Shown: positions 12,576 through 25,900 of the stretch, one piece after another
How positions within the stretch are numbered: position 1 is the first letter of the stretch
Layout: each line of letters begins with the position of its first letter
From: Azolla caroliniana
Taxonomy: Eukaryota; Plantae; Polypodiophyta
Reading direction: 5' to 3'
NCBI GenBank assembly: GCA_043228905.1
Contig: JBHGNT010000004.1
Location: 21,638,001 to 21,702,000, forward strand
DNA: 64,000 nucleotides
Made by a program: the position numbers and the translations under genes
Notes under the pieces: model-generated
Databases searched by the model: none
The model's input: only the letters and a program-made list of their open reading frames with translations
Told to the model about the DNA's origin: nothing

Positions 12576-14048
12576 GTGTTCGAAACATCGGATGATGAAG
12601 GAGCAAGCCTAATCGAAGCTTGCATCAATGGAGATAAAGAGTGTGAGGCTAGCGTAATTGAGGATCTAGCTGCTAAAGACAACATCAAGGAGGTGACAAT
12701 GAACAAGACAACAAGTGTCGACAACGACCATGGCCAAATTTTCTCCACACTTGTTCTAGAGACTTGGGCAGTTGCGTTCAAGAACCAATGTGAGAACCGA
12801 GAGATGGAAGGTGTCGGCGAGGAGCCGAAGGTCGAAACGAATACATGTGACGACGAGAGAAGCATAATCAAAGCTTGCTCGATCAAGAGGGTCAATGGGT
12901 ACGAGGCCCATGAGATTGAAGAGATAGCCACGAAAAATGACATCGAGTCAGAGGTGCCTATGGAAGAATTAATGGTAGATGGCTGCATCGAGGATTCCTT
13001 CACACAAGTTCCGGAGACTTGGGCAGTTGTAGAGAGCCAATGTGAGACCCAAGAGATGGAAGGTGGTAGTAAGGGGAAGGACCAAGATTGTGTGCACAAC
13101 ATTGAGGCGAAGATAGATATGGACGAGTTGATGGTGAATGATGGTAGTGAGAAGACTTTCCCCACACTAGTTCCAGAGACTTGGGCAGTTGCGTCTAAGA
13201 ACCAACATAAGACCCAAGAGACGGAAGGTGGCAACAAGGGGGAGTTCAAATCTGATGTGAAAGATGACATCAAGACAAAGGTATCAAAGGCAACTGACCA
13301 AAGACAAATGGATTCCTTCACACATGTTCTAGTGACTTGGGCAATTGTGGTTCAAAGCCAATGTGAGACCCAAGAGACAAAAGATGATGGCGGGGAAGCG
13401 AAGGTCCAAGATGTTGCAAATAACGATGTTGGGGAGTGGTCGACAAATACATATGGATCTCTACACACTCGTTCTAGAGACTTGGGCATTAACCGATCTA
13501 AGACCCAAGAGAAGGACAATGACAACAAAGAAGCAAGGGTTGAAGCTGATGTGTGGGAGGAAGAGGTCAAGCAAAGCATAGAGACAAAAGTTGATGCGTA
13601 CAACAAAGAGTCTGAGCAAAGTATGACAAGGGATGACAATGGCCAAGCGAGCCATCAAGATCCGACGGATGTGATCAAAACATCTAGCAAAGACGCTAGT
13701 ATGAAGATTGTCAACTCTAACATGAGATTGTATCATGAAACTGGACAAAGTGAGAAATATAGAGCATGGTCACGTAAGGATCTCAAAGTGGGCATGCACT
13801 TGAAGGTACTACATAGGGTAGTCAATGTCATTATTCAAATAAAGGCTTGGGGAGAAAGACACAAAACAAAAATGTGTGACGGGTCAAAATGCCTTGAGAA
13901 AAGAGATGATCGGGACAAAGGTGGAACATGCATAAAGCCTAAACAGTTATGTTCGGAAGGAGAACAAGGGGCCATGACAACTAGTCATGGTAAAACAAAG
14001 AATGAGCGAATGATATGGTGGATTGGGTGGCGACAATGGTTCGAGTGA
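12576..14048 (+). CDS. Unknown acidic repeat-containing ORF2 of retroelement unit 1 (490 aa)
   Basis: Open frame with a repeated FxTxVPETWAVxxxxQxETQExxGG motif, ending WWIGWRQWFE just before the PPT/LTR. A homolog lies at 15737-16947. Confidence 0.5.
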   Translation: MFETSDDEGASLIEACINGDKECEASVIEDLAAKDNIKEVTMNKTTSVDNDHGQIFSTLVLETWAVAFKNQCENREMEGVGEEPKVETNTCDDERSIIKACSIKRVNGYEAHEIEEIATKNDIESEVPMEELMVDGCIEDSFTQVPETWAVVESQCETQEMEGGSKGKDQDCVHNIEAKIDMDELMVNDGSEKTFPTLVPETWAVASKNQHKTQETEGGNKGEFKSDVKDDIKTKVSKATDQRQMDSFTHVLVTWAIVVQSQCETQETKDDGGEAKVQDVANNDVGEWSTNTYGSLHTRSRDLGINRSKTQEKDNDNKEARVEADVWEEEVKQSIETKVDAYNKESEQSMTRDDNGQASHQDPTDVIKTSSKDASMKIVNSNMRLYHETGQSEKYRAWSRKDLKVGMHLKVLHRVVNVIIQIKAWGERHKTKMCDGSKCLEKRDDRDKGGTCIKPKQLCSEGEQGAMTTSHGKTKNERMIWWIGWRQWFE

Positions 14049-14956
14049 AGGGAATGGACATGCTCAAAATGGAGAAATCGTACTAATCACCGTAGCCGAA
14101 ATCTCACACTCTCTCTTCTTGGCATGTACTAGAGGACGTGCGGTTTGGTGGGGGTGGATGTCGTGAAGATTTTCGGCAACTGTGTGAAAATTGTGTGCAA
14201 CGAACGAAATCGAGAAGGTGTAATGTGCACATGTGAAAGGGGTGAAGGCCACACGCATATCCTAGCATGTTGTAAATAGGATTGAAATGAGAATCGTAAA
14301 AGAAAAGTTAGATGTAAAGTTAAACATGTGCACCTGTGATGTGCGCTCAATTGTAAATATAAAAATAAGACTAAAGCTTAGTAACATTTAAGTGCATACA
14401 TAGGGGTAAAAGCAAGGCTTGAACCTTGCACCTCCAAGAAAAAAGACAAATTAACTTACCACTAAAGCCACTACTAAGTGCTTTAGAATTTGTATATTTT
14501 CTTTTCATATTCAATATTTTGTAGGAAGCAAACATATAGAAACCGTGGGCACAAAACCATGGTTTTAGCCCATGGTTTCAGCCATGGTTTTAGCCCATGG
14601 TTTTTGCATGGAGAGACCTATAAAAGCCTATAGTTGGGTTTGTGCAAAGGGGCAAGTGATGGAAGTAAAAAAGAAACTTTTAATCAAAGATCTGAGTTAT
14701 CTTAATGGTGATGTATCTTGTCTCGTAAAATTAAAGTCAAGGGTTCAATATCTATCTCAATCTTTTTCTCTCTTAATCCATCTATCTATCTTCAATACTT
14801 TCTCACTTATGTTACTAAAAACATCGAATCCTTCCGGTCCAGGACCCCGGTGGTCCCGCTTCATTTCGCGAACACACGAGGATTTCCTTGACATCTTACT
14901 TGGTGAACCCAACGTGAAGAGCGGTAGGGGAGGATGAAGATGGACGAGGAATATCT

Positions 14957-15737
14957 CATGGAAGCAATGTCAAAGATGATAATGGAATTTTCAAGAGAAG
15001 GGAAAAGACGAGATGCGGCCCACCAAGCCATCGAAAGCGTGGTCGAGCGAGTCGGCTATTTCGACGGGGGCAAAGTCTGAAATTTTCTAGAGGCCTACAA
15101 TGCTGAAATGGATTCAAGAGGTGTGAACGAAGCAACAAGGCTGGAGTACTCTTGTCGAGTGGTGGCTAAACCAATCTACAAAGAGATGAAAGAGCTTCAA
15201 AAAGCTCACGATTCGTGGGTGTCCTTCGAAGAAGCTTTACGAGAGGCATATGGTGATGAAGATCCGAAGGGACGAGGTCTATACGAGTTTGTCCAATGGG
15301 TGTCATCGAGGAAGACCCACTAGAGTGTTATGCATGCATTCGTTGAGTTTGAGTGTCGGTTCGCTCAACTCTCAGAGCGGGATCAAGGATTGGTGGGGCC
15401 AAATAAAGTCTTAATGTTCGTAAAGTCAATTGATCGGAAAGAAAGGACGTCCATTGGAGTCCATCTCGAGGATGACGATGGTGCGAATGACCTCACTGAA
15501 AATTGGGCCGAAGTGAAAAGGGTATGCCAACGACATGACAAGAGGAGGATAGGAATCTTGTCGACAATGTCACGGCCAATGAGGGACGATCGAAGGAGGA
15601 GAAGATGCAACAACATGCCACCACCGAAGGAAGAAAGCTCGAAGAGGGAAGGTTCGATGACACTCGACATAGAAGTCTTTATGAGAGAGGCATTTGAGAG
15701 TTTAAGGCGCAAGTTGAGGCTGAAGAGAATCTTATAA
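14957..15737 (+). pseudogene. gag-like ORF of unit 2 (disrupted)
   Basis: GYFDGGKSLKFLEAYNAEMDSRGV...SWVSFEEAL...FECRFAQL, homologous to the unit-1 gag; stop at 15321-15323. Confidence 0.65.
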
Positions 15738-16947
15738 TGGAGCCAAAGTTGATTCAAATGGTGATCAAGGAAGAAGAGACCTCCCAACAAAGGTGGAGTA
15801 ATGATACGGCCAATACAAATGCCCAAGTTCGGTACGACAATACCACGGGAGAAGGTGTGGAACAAGCCACCTTCTTGACTTATGGAAGAATGATGGTCAA
15901 GAGAAAAGCCGAAGATTCGAGAGCGGGAAATGTTGCTTTAAGAGTGGACAAGAATTTCGGAACACATGTTGTGTCCGAAATATCAAGTGATGAAGGTGCA
16001 AGCATGAGTAAAGCTTGCGTGATCAAGGGAGATAAAGAGTGCAAGGCCGATGTGATTGAGGAGGTAGCCATGAGAAAGGACATCGAGTCGGAGATGGCTA
16101 TGGACAAGTCGATGGTGGATGGCCAGGTGGAGACTTTCCTAACACTTCATCGAGAGACTTGGGCAGTTGCCTCTAGAAACCAACGTGAGACCCAAGAGAC
16201 AGATGGTGGCGAAGAGAAAGAGAAGGAACAAGACAACATAGAGAATGACATTGGCCCGAAGATGGCAAGAGTGAGCAAGGGCCATGGAGAGGATTCCTCC
16301 ACACTTGTTCCAGAGACTTCGGCAGTTGTGTCCGAGAGCCAATGTGAGACCGAAGAGTCGGAAGGTGGCTGCGAGGAAGCGAAGGATGAAGCCGGTGTGT
16401 ACAATGGAGAGACGAAACAAAGCACAACAACAAATGCAGATGTGTGTGACAAAGAGTGCAAGCAAAGCACAATGACGAAAGCTGATGTGTGCAACAAAGA
16501 GCTGAAGCGAAGCACAACAAGGGAAGACGAGGGCCAAGTGGGCCAATTGGATCCGAAAGATGTCATCACAAAATCTAACAAGGATGACACTAGCGTGGAA
16601 GTCATGGTCAACTCCAACACGAGAGTATACCACGAAGTGGAAAAAGTGGGAAGCATGAAATGTGGTCACTTAAGGACCTAGAGGTGAGCATGCAGTTGAA
16701 GGATGGACCATTAAAAGTACTCAACAACAATATTCCGATAAGGCCTTCGAAAGGTAGGCATGGAACAAGAAAAGATGATAAAAGAAAGTTAGATGACCAA
16801 GGAGATTACCAAGATGAAGGTGGCACATGCACGAGGCACGAAGCATTATGCTTTGGAAGAGCAAATGGAGCCATGACAACCGGTCATGGAAATGCAAAGC
16901 GTGAGCGAAGAATATGGTGGATCAGATGGCAACAACGGTTCGCGTAG
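15737..16947 (+). pseudogene. ORF2 homolog of unit 2 (frameshifted near 16660)
   Basis: Same ETWAV/ETQE repeats, DPKDVI..., and terminal WWIRWQQRFA as in 12576-14048. Confidence 0.6.
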
Positions 16948-17658
16948 AAACAAGACACAAAGTCAGTGCGGGTGAGGCGCAAGGAGCAAGCCAAAGGTTC
17001 AACCTTTGGCCCCACCACATCACTCTTTCCCTTCTTGGCACATGCCGAAGGATGTGCGGTTTGGTGGGGGTGGATGTCGTGATGTGGCATGTCCACTGAG
17101 TGAAAAAGTGTGGTTCCACACACATTTGTAAATATGAAAATAAATAAATATGGCTAAGTGCATACAAAGAGGTGCAAGCAAGATTTGAACCTTGCACCTC
17201 CAAGATAGGAAACAATTAGCTTACTAGTAAAGCTACTACTAAGTGCTTTAGATTTTTATATTTCCTTTTCATATTCAGTATTCGATAGGAAACAAATGTA
17301 CAAAACCATGTGCACGAAACGGCATGGTTTTAAGCCCATGGTTTTGTGCATGTCACAAGCATGGAGAGACCTATAAAAGCGTCTACTTGGGCTTGTGTAA
17401 GGAGGGGCTTAAGAGGTGATATCACCATCATCATCATCATCATCAATAATAATATAATGCTCTTCTTATTATTATTCTTCTCATCTATCTCCTTCTCAAG
17501 TATAAAAAATCTTCGATCTTCTCAAGTGTGACATTAGTTTCCTCGACTCCTACATACACATCGTCATCTTTTTGACAATTTCATGAACGTCCTCCCCGGT
17601 CCGAGACCCCGGTGTTCCTGCTCAAGTGAAGAATGCATGCACGCGCATCTTCGTGACA

Positions 17659-19250
17659 CCCTATGGGCTACTTAAGGAAGGGTGACGATTCAAATGGGTA
17701 GATGAGCACACAGTGGTGATGAAGAGATTGAAGGGTATGTTGGGCATGACACCACAATTGAGAAAAGTCATGTACAACTAAGGGGATGCCCATCTACATG
17801 ACTATAGACATGAGTCTAATTGGGATTAGATGGGTCATCAATCAAGGGGGGGAGGATGGTAACCAACACACTATCAAATTTGAGCCAAAGGTGCTTAGCA
17901 AGCGAAAAAGGGATACATAAAAGTAAAGAGAGAGCTATGGGGCATATTGGTTGTGTTGTAAAGAAAATCAAAGATTACCAAATGGACATGTAGTTAGTGA
18001 TTGAAATGAACTCTCTTCCAATCCTAGGGATGACATTGGGTTGCACAAAGCCGAACTTAACCATACTAAGGTAGATTGCATACATCAAGTCAAGGAATTC
18101 AGAGGTCTGTCACATTTCGAGCAAGAACAATGCAATGATAGATATGTTATCGAGGCAAAGGTATGAAGGCAAAAGGGACATAATGTCAAAAGCATAGTAC
18201 GTAAAATTCGCGTTCGTTTAGCATAACATTTGTTTTCCTACATTGGAAAATGAATGCGAATGTTATTCAAACATTCTTGAGTTTTTTTCCATTTTTAGGT
18301 TTATTTACCTCATAATAAATAGTTAATCAAATGGTATGGTATTTACCATTCTTTGAGGGTGTTTACCATACTTGAATGATTAAAATATTTGCGAATGTGA
18401 ATGCACGTATGGTTCATACTATGGTCGGAAGATGAAGGTGTTGCTCTCAATTTATTTAAGATGCCCTGAGCAACTACTAAAGAACAGAATGTGCAAGTGC
18501 TCAACCCCTCAAATGAATGAGAATATGGAGGGGAGTGATTGCATATAGGCAGATTCTTGAGTTCAGTGGTGGTGAACACTTCATGGTCTAAGAAGGAAAC
18601 ATATACAATCCAAAAGAAGATGTACAAGTACTTCTTGAAAGGAAGGTATCTCTAGAAGCACCCAAAGAAGAGAACATGAATGCCACTAAGGGTGGTTAGC
18701 AAGGAGGAACCAACAACTCCGGTGTATAAGTTCCATGAAAGTCCTTGGGCAGCCCACAAGGGTACTTTGGCAACTTCCACGAAGTTGAATGAGAACTATT
18801 GGTGGCTAGGAATATACAAGGATCTCGCCCATTTCGTGGGGACATGACAAAACTGCCAATTGCACTTGAATGTGTAGCAGAGATATGAGTTGCACCAAAC
18901 CAACCTGCTAACCATACAATTTAAATAGATGGTGAGCCTTGTATCTATGTTGATGGAGGAATGTGTAGCAGAGATATGAGTTGCACCAAACCAACCTGCT
19001 AACCATACAATTTAAATAGATGGTGGGCCTTGTATCTATGTTGATGGAGGTAGACCAAATGAAGCACCTAGTTCTCATGAGAGAGAAACTTACAAAGAAG
19101 GTAGAAGGAAGGGCCCTAAGGAATGTCTGGTTTCTATGTGCACGACACTGGAACACTTCTATGAATGGATGGAGTCCTACCTCCACATCAATATCATTAA
19201 GCCGAAGGATTCAGGTTAGCATTTACCCTATTAGTGGAGAACCATATGAG
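17659..19250 (+). mobile_element. Heavily decayed Ty3/gypsy pol remnant (RNase H and integrase zinc finger)
   Basis: Hand translation gives ELWGIL, HISSKNNAMIDMLSR and HESPWAAHKG...NYWWLGIYKDLAHFV..QNCQ. It includes a 91-bp tandem duplication at ~18870-19050. Confidence 0.65.
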
Positions 19251-19256
19251 ATTGGT

Positions 19257-20102
19257 TGTTAATCACCCTTGAGCCTCTAGCTTTGCAACCCTAGTCTAAC
19301 TAGCACTCACACTCACTCACTCTCGTGTTAACTTCTCTTAATAGAGGATTAGCACTTAGACACAAATACATATATAAAGATCTCAAAATAATATAAACAA
19401 AAATTCTATTATGAAGACGTATATGACGCACATACAAGAGGTAAAATGATTAGAGTTTCGCTAATTAGCCTTAACCTTAATCATTCTTTGGCTCAAGTGT
19501 AAGATAGAGAGGAAAGGGTCTAGAGCTCTGGTACAAACTATGTGGTAGGAGTAACCCAAGGACGAAGAAGAAACTATGGAAGTCACCTAATGGTGACTTT
19601 GATAGGTTTTTACAATGAAGTTCAGCTCCTTTCACATTAGGGTTGTCATTTGGCAACAAGGTTTTTAGTGAGATTTACGCTATGCCCTTTTTTTCTAGTG
19701 TACTTTTGAGCTTTATGTACATTCTTGATGCCAATTTCTCCATGGTTCTTGTCCCAGATGTAGATCCTTAACATTCCTCCCAACCTAAGTAGGGCACACT
19801 CCTAGGTGCATGACACTAGGAGTGAAGCATGGTGGGATGAGGTGGTTGTTGTGAAAGGAGGGAGAGGTTGGCTAGCCTCTTGGGTTGGATGGAGTTGGGG
19901 GCCGGTTCGTGATGTGCAACAACAATGCATTGGTGACTATGAGTAAACGATGCAACAACATACAACGTGCAAGTGGGGCAAGCAAGAAACAGGAAGGAAT
20001 GGTGAATGGGGAGCACAGTGGTGATCAAGAGGTGCAATAGAGGACAACGATGGAGCAAGGAAGTGTTTATGTGAACATGGAGCGACAAATATAACAATAA
20101 CA
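19257..20102 (-). mobile_element. Probable LTR (TGTTA...TAACA) with adjacent minus-strand PPT
   Basis: 5-bp terminal inverted repeat, with AAAGAGGGAGCAA immediately upstream on the minus strand. No partner LTR seen. Confidence 0.45.
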
Positions 20103-21659
20103 TTGCTCCCTCTTTGTCATTTTTTTCTTTTATACTTATTTTTGGGTCTGGAGTTGTGAAGGGGTGAATACATGAGGAGGGGGTTGGGTGGGGTTTGTAT
20201 GTTCAAGTGTGTTCATAGGCCCATCGTCTTGTCCCATTTACGTTTATGTACTTGAGATAGATGCATGGTCTTTCATGTTATTTTTGTGATCGCATGCCTG
20301 GTGATGGTACCAAGAGGTTTGTTTTATATAAGTTGTGATAATCCACCATTTTCTGGCCTTCAGGTTGGGAATAATCTTGCTCTTGGGACCAAGGTTCATT
20401 TTTGGGTGGGTCACACTCTTCACCGTCTTCCTATGTTCAGTCTTATCAATGAGGTGAATTTTTCTCTTTTCGACCCGTCTTTTTGTAGTTTAACTTTTCC
20501 TTGCCTTTGTTACCAAATGTCAGAAAGAGAGCAACTTTACCTTTTGGCTAGTCATTTTAGGTTTTTGTTCAAGGGAGGGATGTTTTTAGAGAGTCTATTG
20601 TCACACTTGGCTTCATGTGAGCAACCAAGACTGTGTGGCTCCTTTGTGTCAACCTTCAACTTTCATTAACATTTTACAGATGCGTCACAAGGTTGCTTGA
20701 TCTTTATTTATCCCTTTTGTAGATATTCTATGGATATGAACCCTCTTTTGTGGTTTGTTGATCTTTGTGTGTTCTCATGAGGGGGGTGATATATCTTTTA
20801 TTTGTGCTTAAAGTACCCACCATTGTATACTTTTTTTATGTGGTTATGACCTTGGCTGCTCAGGTGAAGTCTTAATACACACCATGTCGTCGTGGCTCCA
20901 AGGAGGTCAGGGATTGCTTTAATGGAAATGTCTACGGCTACTCTAGGGCCCTTGATGTGTCCATTAGGTGCAATGCTCGATCTTTCTTCTTTCAAGCTAT
21001 TTTTTAGTTGGGAAGTACATTGACTTTTGCTAGCTGCAAGCATATGTTGGTTGGCATGACATCAATCTTGTCCTAATAGGTAGGTTATGTATAAGGCCTT
21101 TAGATGTAAGATGTGAACATTGATTGATATCATACTTGAGGTTAGGTTTCCAAGTTTGGAACATTATGATGCCTATCAAAATATGGTTCGCCTCTTTTTT
21201 TTTCTAGGGGTAGTGAATTTGTGGTACATATGCTAAAGTTAAACTCTAGATAAGAAATTGTCCACCTCAAACTTGTAGAACCAATGAATGTACACCATGT
21301 AGGCTAATGATAACTTAAAATTGCGAGAGCTTTCATTTTATTATCGAGCCAATCAATATGTATGACATATGCAAAGACAATGTAACTTTGGATTTTTTTT
21401 TCCCGAGCGTCACTAAAAAATCTACCACTCACTAAAACAGAACTACATGCCCTATGTTTATTCTCGTTCCAAGTATCATGTGCCACCACTGTCCCTACAA
21501 AACATGTTCGGGCATTTCTTTCTTTTTCCTAGCGTCACTGAAGATCTAGCACTCATCCAAACAGAAGAACATGCACTACATTTATTCTCGATCCAATTAC
21601 TACGTGCCACCCACTACCCATATTTGCCTCATGCTTCGTGGGAGCCAACGATGAGGAAT

Positions 21660-21812
21660 CGGCACCGGCTTGGCTCAAGCCTAAAACCGAACTGTTAAAT
21701 CGTTTTTAAACGGTTTGGACGTTCAGTTCGGTTGAGACTTGAGCCTCCTTAACCTGTTTGAGCTCGGTTTGGGATGGCTCAAGCCGAACTGAACCATTTT
21801 GAGCTAAGCCGT
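21660..21812. mobile_element. MITE-like palindromic element rich in AACCG/CGGTT motifs
   Basis: Inverted motifs GGCTTGGCTCAA...TTGAGCTAAGCC with repeated AACCG/GAACTG. Confidence 0.45.
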
Positions 21813-22911
21813 TTTGTGCTATCATTATTATTATTGGGACTCGCATAGAATGAACCATACGTAACATACGTGCATTCGCATTCGAGAATGATTCAATCAA
21901 ACGTGTATGGTAAATCATCTCAAAGTTGGATTGGATTGACTATGGTCTATATTATATATTGATTCACTCTCAATCCCAATAAGTGGACTCTAATCCATTG
22001 TGAACCACCAACATAAGTATGGTTGCAATATTTGCATTGTATCACATGCATGCCTTTGGGATGCTTCTTAAGAATCAAGACATCTCTATCCTCCTCACTT
22101 TAGAACTTTACAAAAAAATGAGTATTAACTATAGAGATTGAATCAAAATATGTCATTATAAATTATAATCAAACGTTCAAAAACTCATAAAATGTATATT
22201 CGAGAATATGAAGAAAACATGACATAGGTAGTAGTAGCATAACAACTTACCACTAGGGTGAGCTAATTTCTAATAACAAAGAAAGAAAAAAAGAAAGGAA
22301 CATGACACTAACATAAAATTTTGGCCATGACATGAAAAGAGAGGATATGAGAAAATATGGGAATTGAACCCACGACATAGGCAATTGTAGCGTGCCAATT
22401 GACCATTATAGAAGACGAAGAAGAAGAAGTAATATGACACTTAAACATAAAATTTTGCTATGACATAACACTAGAGAAAGAGAGAGATGAGAAAATTGGG
22501 AATCGAACCCAAGACATAAACAATAGTAGCATGACAACATACGAGTAGGGTGAGTCAATTTGTAATAACAATACATAAATGAAATTTATAAATAAAAAAA
22601 GGAGCACGCATTTTTTTTCCTTTTCAAACGTTTGAATGCTTGCACGAACACGTTATATGTATGTATGTATTACGTTCTATGATTGGGAGCCGAACAAATC
22701 GTGGCCGGCCGGATAAATCTTTATTTGTCCGGCGAAGATTTGTCCGGCGGAGTCCGCCCACGGGGTGTTGCAAGAACCAATGGGAGTGCGCCACGTGGGT
22801 TCGGGAAAAAATTGTGTGCAGTTTTTTTTCTTTTCTTTTCATGAGGCTTGTGATTGATCTGTTGTTCTGTTACAGGGCCGAGTTTTTCTTCTCCAGTGAA
22901 GAAAGGGAAGA

Positions 22912-25900
22912 ATGAGGAGATTCTGTGGCCTGCTGAAGCAGAGCTCCGCCATCGCTGCTGGAAGGTATCAGTGCGCTTCCCTTCTTCTTCATCGCTTTCC
23001 AACCTTCTTGGATTTCCTCACTCTCTTTCTCCCCCTTCCTTTTTCATTGCAGAAGAAGAGCTTTCAGTATCTATGATCAGATCAACCTCCTAGATAAAGC
23101 TGCTGAAGACACTGGACGGATTCGTTTCACAGGGTTAGTATGTGGATATCTCATTTTGATCGATCTCCTTTCCCCCCTCTTTATAGTTGCTATCTCGTGT
23201 CTTCTTTCTCAGATATGGCTCTGTTATACCATGTCTTCTAGAAAATGAAGAAGAAACAAAATTGCAATATTTATAAACTCACAATGTCTTGTCTTGTCTC
23301 AGGTATGAGGACAATGGCTTTGGCGTGAATGGAGTGTTTCATGAAGGATCAGTTATATGCCTCAGCAGCTTGCTTCTCAATTGGACTCCCATGAGTTTTA
23401 AGGAGATCACTCCAGATAGGTATGCTAGAAACAATATCACGTGCTCCTTCCCTGTAAAATGGAATGCTATATAAGTTAGGTGCATAGAAATCTAGAGGAA
23501 ACTGATGAAAAGAAAAACTTGCTTTCGAGGCTGAGCTCTAGGAATTTTGTTCTTTTACTAATTGGCAGGTTTCCTTATCATGCATGGAAGAACATGCAAT
23601 TCTGAGGAAATACCACAGATTTATATGGAGTTTAGTAGTATATATTTATTTTTTTTAACTGGCAAGTTAAAAAATTCAATCAACATTTTAGTAAACATGG
23701 ACTTATTCTACTTTGAATACCCGAATTCCAACAGAACCATTGACTTGGAGTGAATTTACACCTATTATTAATATCAGTGATTCTGAAACTAGGGTAATGT
23801 GTATTTCAGTTCAAGACTTTTAACATACCTGAAACATATTTACATATGGAACTCAGGCATGAAACTTGATTTTTTTGTTACTCATGGCTGTATTTCAATT
23901 CATTTGGCTTTAGGAAGCTAGAATAAAAAGACACATTTCTTTGATACCTGCGTTAAAGAGTTGACATAAACGATTGTAATCTTTATTAGGTTTCTCGGGC
24001 AATTATGATCTTGTAGAGATGCCGATATATTTTCTTTCTTTCTCACAAACAATTTGTGCATTCTTTTATTACGGTATAATACCATACTTTTTACTAACAA
24101 AAAGAGTTGAAGAGCTTCCTCTATGTTGTATATAGGCAGCTCTACCTTAGTCTCTACAGTGGATGAGGATGTGTGAGAATGGTCATACTATTAATTTGAG
24201 AATAGATGGATAGATATTTTTAGCGTCCATAGAGAGGCCAATAATGACCCATAGAACCTAAATACAAAAGTTATCTTGATGTGTGTCTCCTTCCTAAGAA
24301 GGGTATTCATACTTTGAAGCACCAAGTCTCGATGCGTGAATAAGCTCAACCTTCTAGGTGTTCTCTTTAGTGTGACACTCAAGTCATCACCCCCTCTTAA
24401 TATATCATCATAGCTTTCACGAATTGCACTATATGTAGAGCATGTAAAAATCAAGTGATACTCATCCTCTACTAGCCCTTACTTGCATACCTTACATGCC
24501 ATTATATTTGGCTGATTTTGATTCCGTAATATGACTTCAATACCTAGGTTGTGTGATCGAGTGTGAAGGAGTGTTAGGGCTCTACGAGAGTTAATACTCA
24601 TGTTAGTAATGAGGTAAGGTTGAATACGATCAATAGGCCTTATTGCCATATATAGAACCCAACATTCAGGATTAATGGTTGCAATGCAATATTCTAATTT
24701 TGTCCGTTTAGCATCTTTCCACTTCTTCATTAGTGGGTCCATTAATTTTTCCTCAATAACTACATATTTCATCGCATCACTTGAAAGCTCTAGGAGATTT
24801 TCCACATCCCATCTTTTGAACCATTTTTTGATCTCAACTACCCAATCGGATGAGAAAATTTTGTTCTTGCAATTCTTTTGTAGTTTACATCCAACATTCC
24901 AAGCAAGATGTGGTAATCTATGATTTGGCATATTCTTGACTTCTATAACGTATCCATCAATTGACATATTCGCATTCGTGGGGTTTCCCATTCGAATGCA
25001 AACGAATACGAATACAAATGCATGGTCAAGTATTCGTTTAACAGAAAAAAAAAGAGTACATGAACTCCCTCCTTTTTAGTTTTCTAGGATATAAAGAAAG
25101 GGACTTGACAATAAAAAGGGAACAATAAAAGAGGGACTTCACACTAATAAATTTTTATAGTAAATGTAAAAGTATTCGTTTTATTTTTAATAAATAAATA
25201 AAATAAAATAAAGGTTCATTAATTCCTCAATTTTTCTTCTCCCAAAATTTATGGATATTTTTATCTGACATTAAAAATGGGACTTCACACTAATCATATT
25301 TCTATAATAAATATAAAAAGATTCGTTTTTTTAAAATTAATTAATTAATTAAAATAAAGTTCATAAACTCTCCCCTTTTTTATTTGACACTAGTGATAAA
25401 GGAGAGTTAATGCTAATTATATTTTTATAATCTATTAATGAATGATTGTTCTTTTTTTAGTGAATTAAATTTATTTATTTTTAAAATAATTAATTAATTA
25501 ATTTTTTGTATATTTATTTTGCAAAACGAATGGTTTTATAATATTCTTAGGGCCATTTCATATTCTCGAATATTGGGAATATCGTGCATGGAGAATATCA
25601 CGCATGTGTCAATCTATGAATGTATCTATATACTCTCTGTAGTGCCACTATATCTATAGGTCGAACACCTGTTTCCAAGAGCATAACTCGATAGGAGGTG
25701 GTGGATTTAACTCCCAATTGTCTCCTTAAAAACATCTTTTGAATCTTCTCAATCTCATTTCATGCATTAAGAGAGATAGTGTCTCCACACACCTCTACTC
25801 CATAAAGCAAAACTTGTGTTACCATGGCATTAAATAACATTAGTTTCACTTCCCATCAGGCTGCATTTATTTTCCATTATATGATAACTTTTCCAACCCA

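Larger units (their letters stand above)
6285..17658 (+). mobile_element. Tandem three-LTR non-autonomous retroelement (LTR-PBS-gag-ORF2-PPT-LTR-PBS-gag-ORF2-PPT-LTR), no pol
   Basis: LTR 3' end near 6348; LTRs ~14159-14893 and ~17075-17658 (TGTCGTGA...GACA), each preceded by GGTGGGG(G)TGGA. PBS TGGTGAACC(C/T)(G/A)ACGTGA at 6356 and 14901. Homologous gag and ORF2 in both units. Confidence 0.7.
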
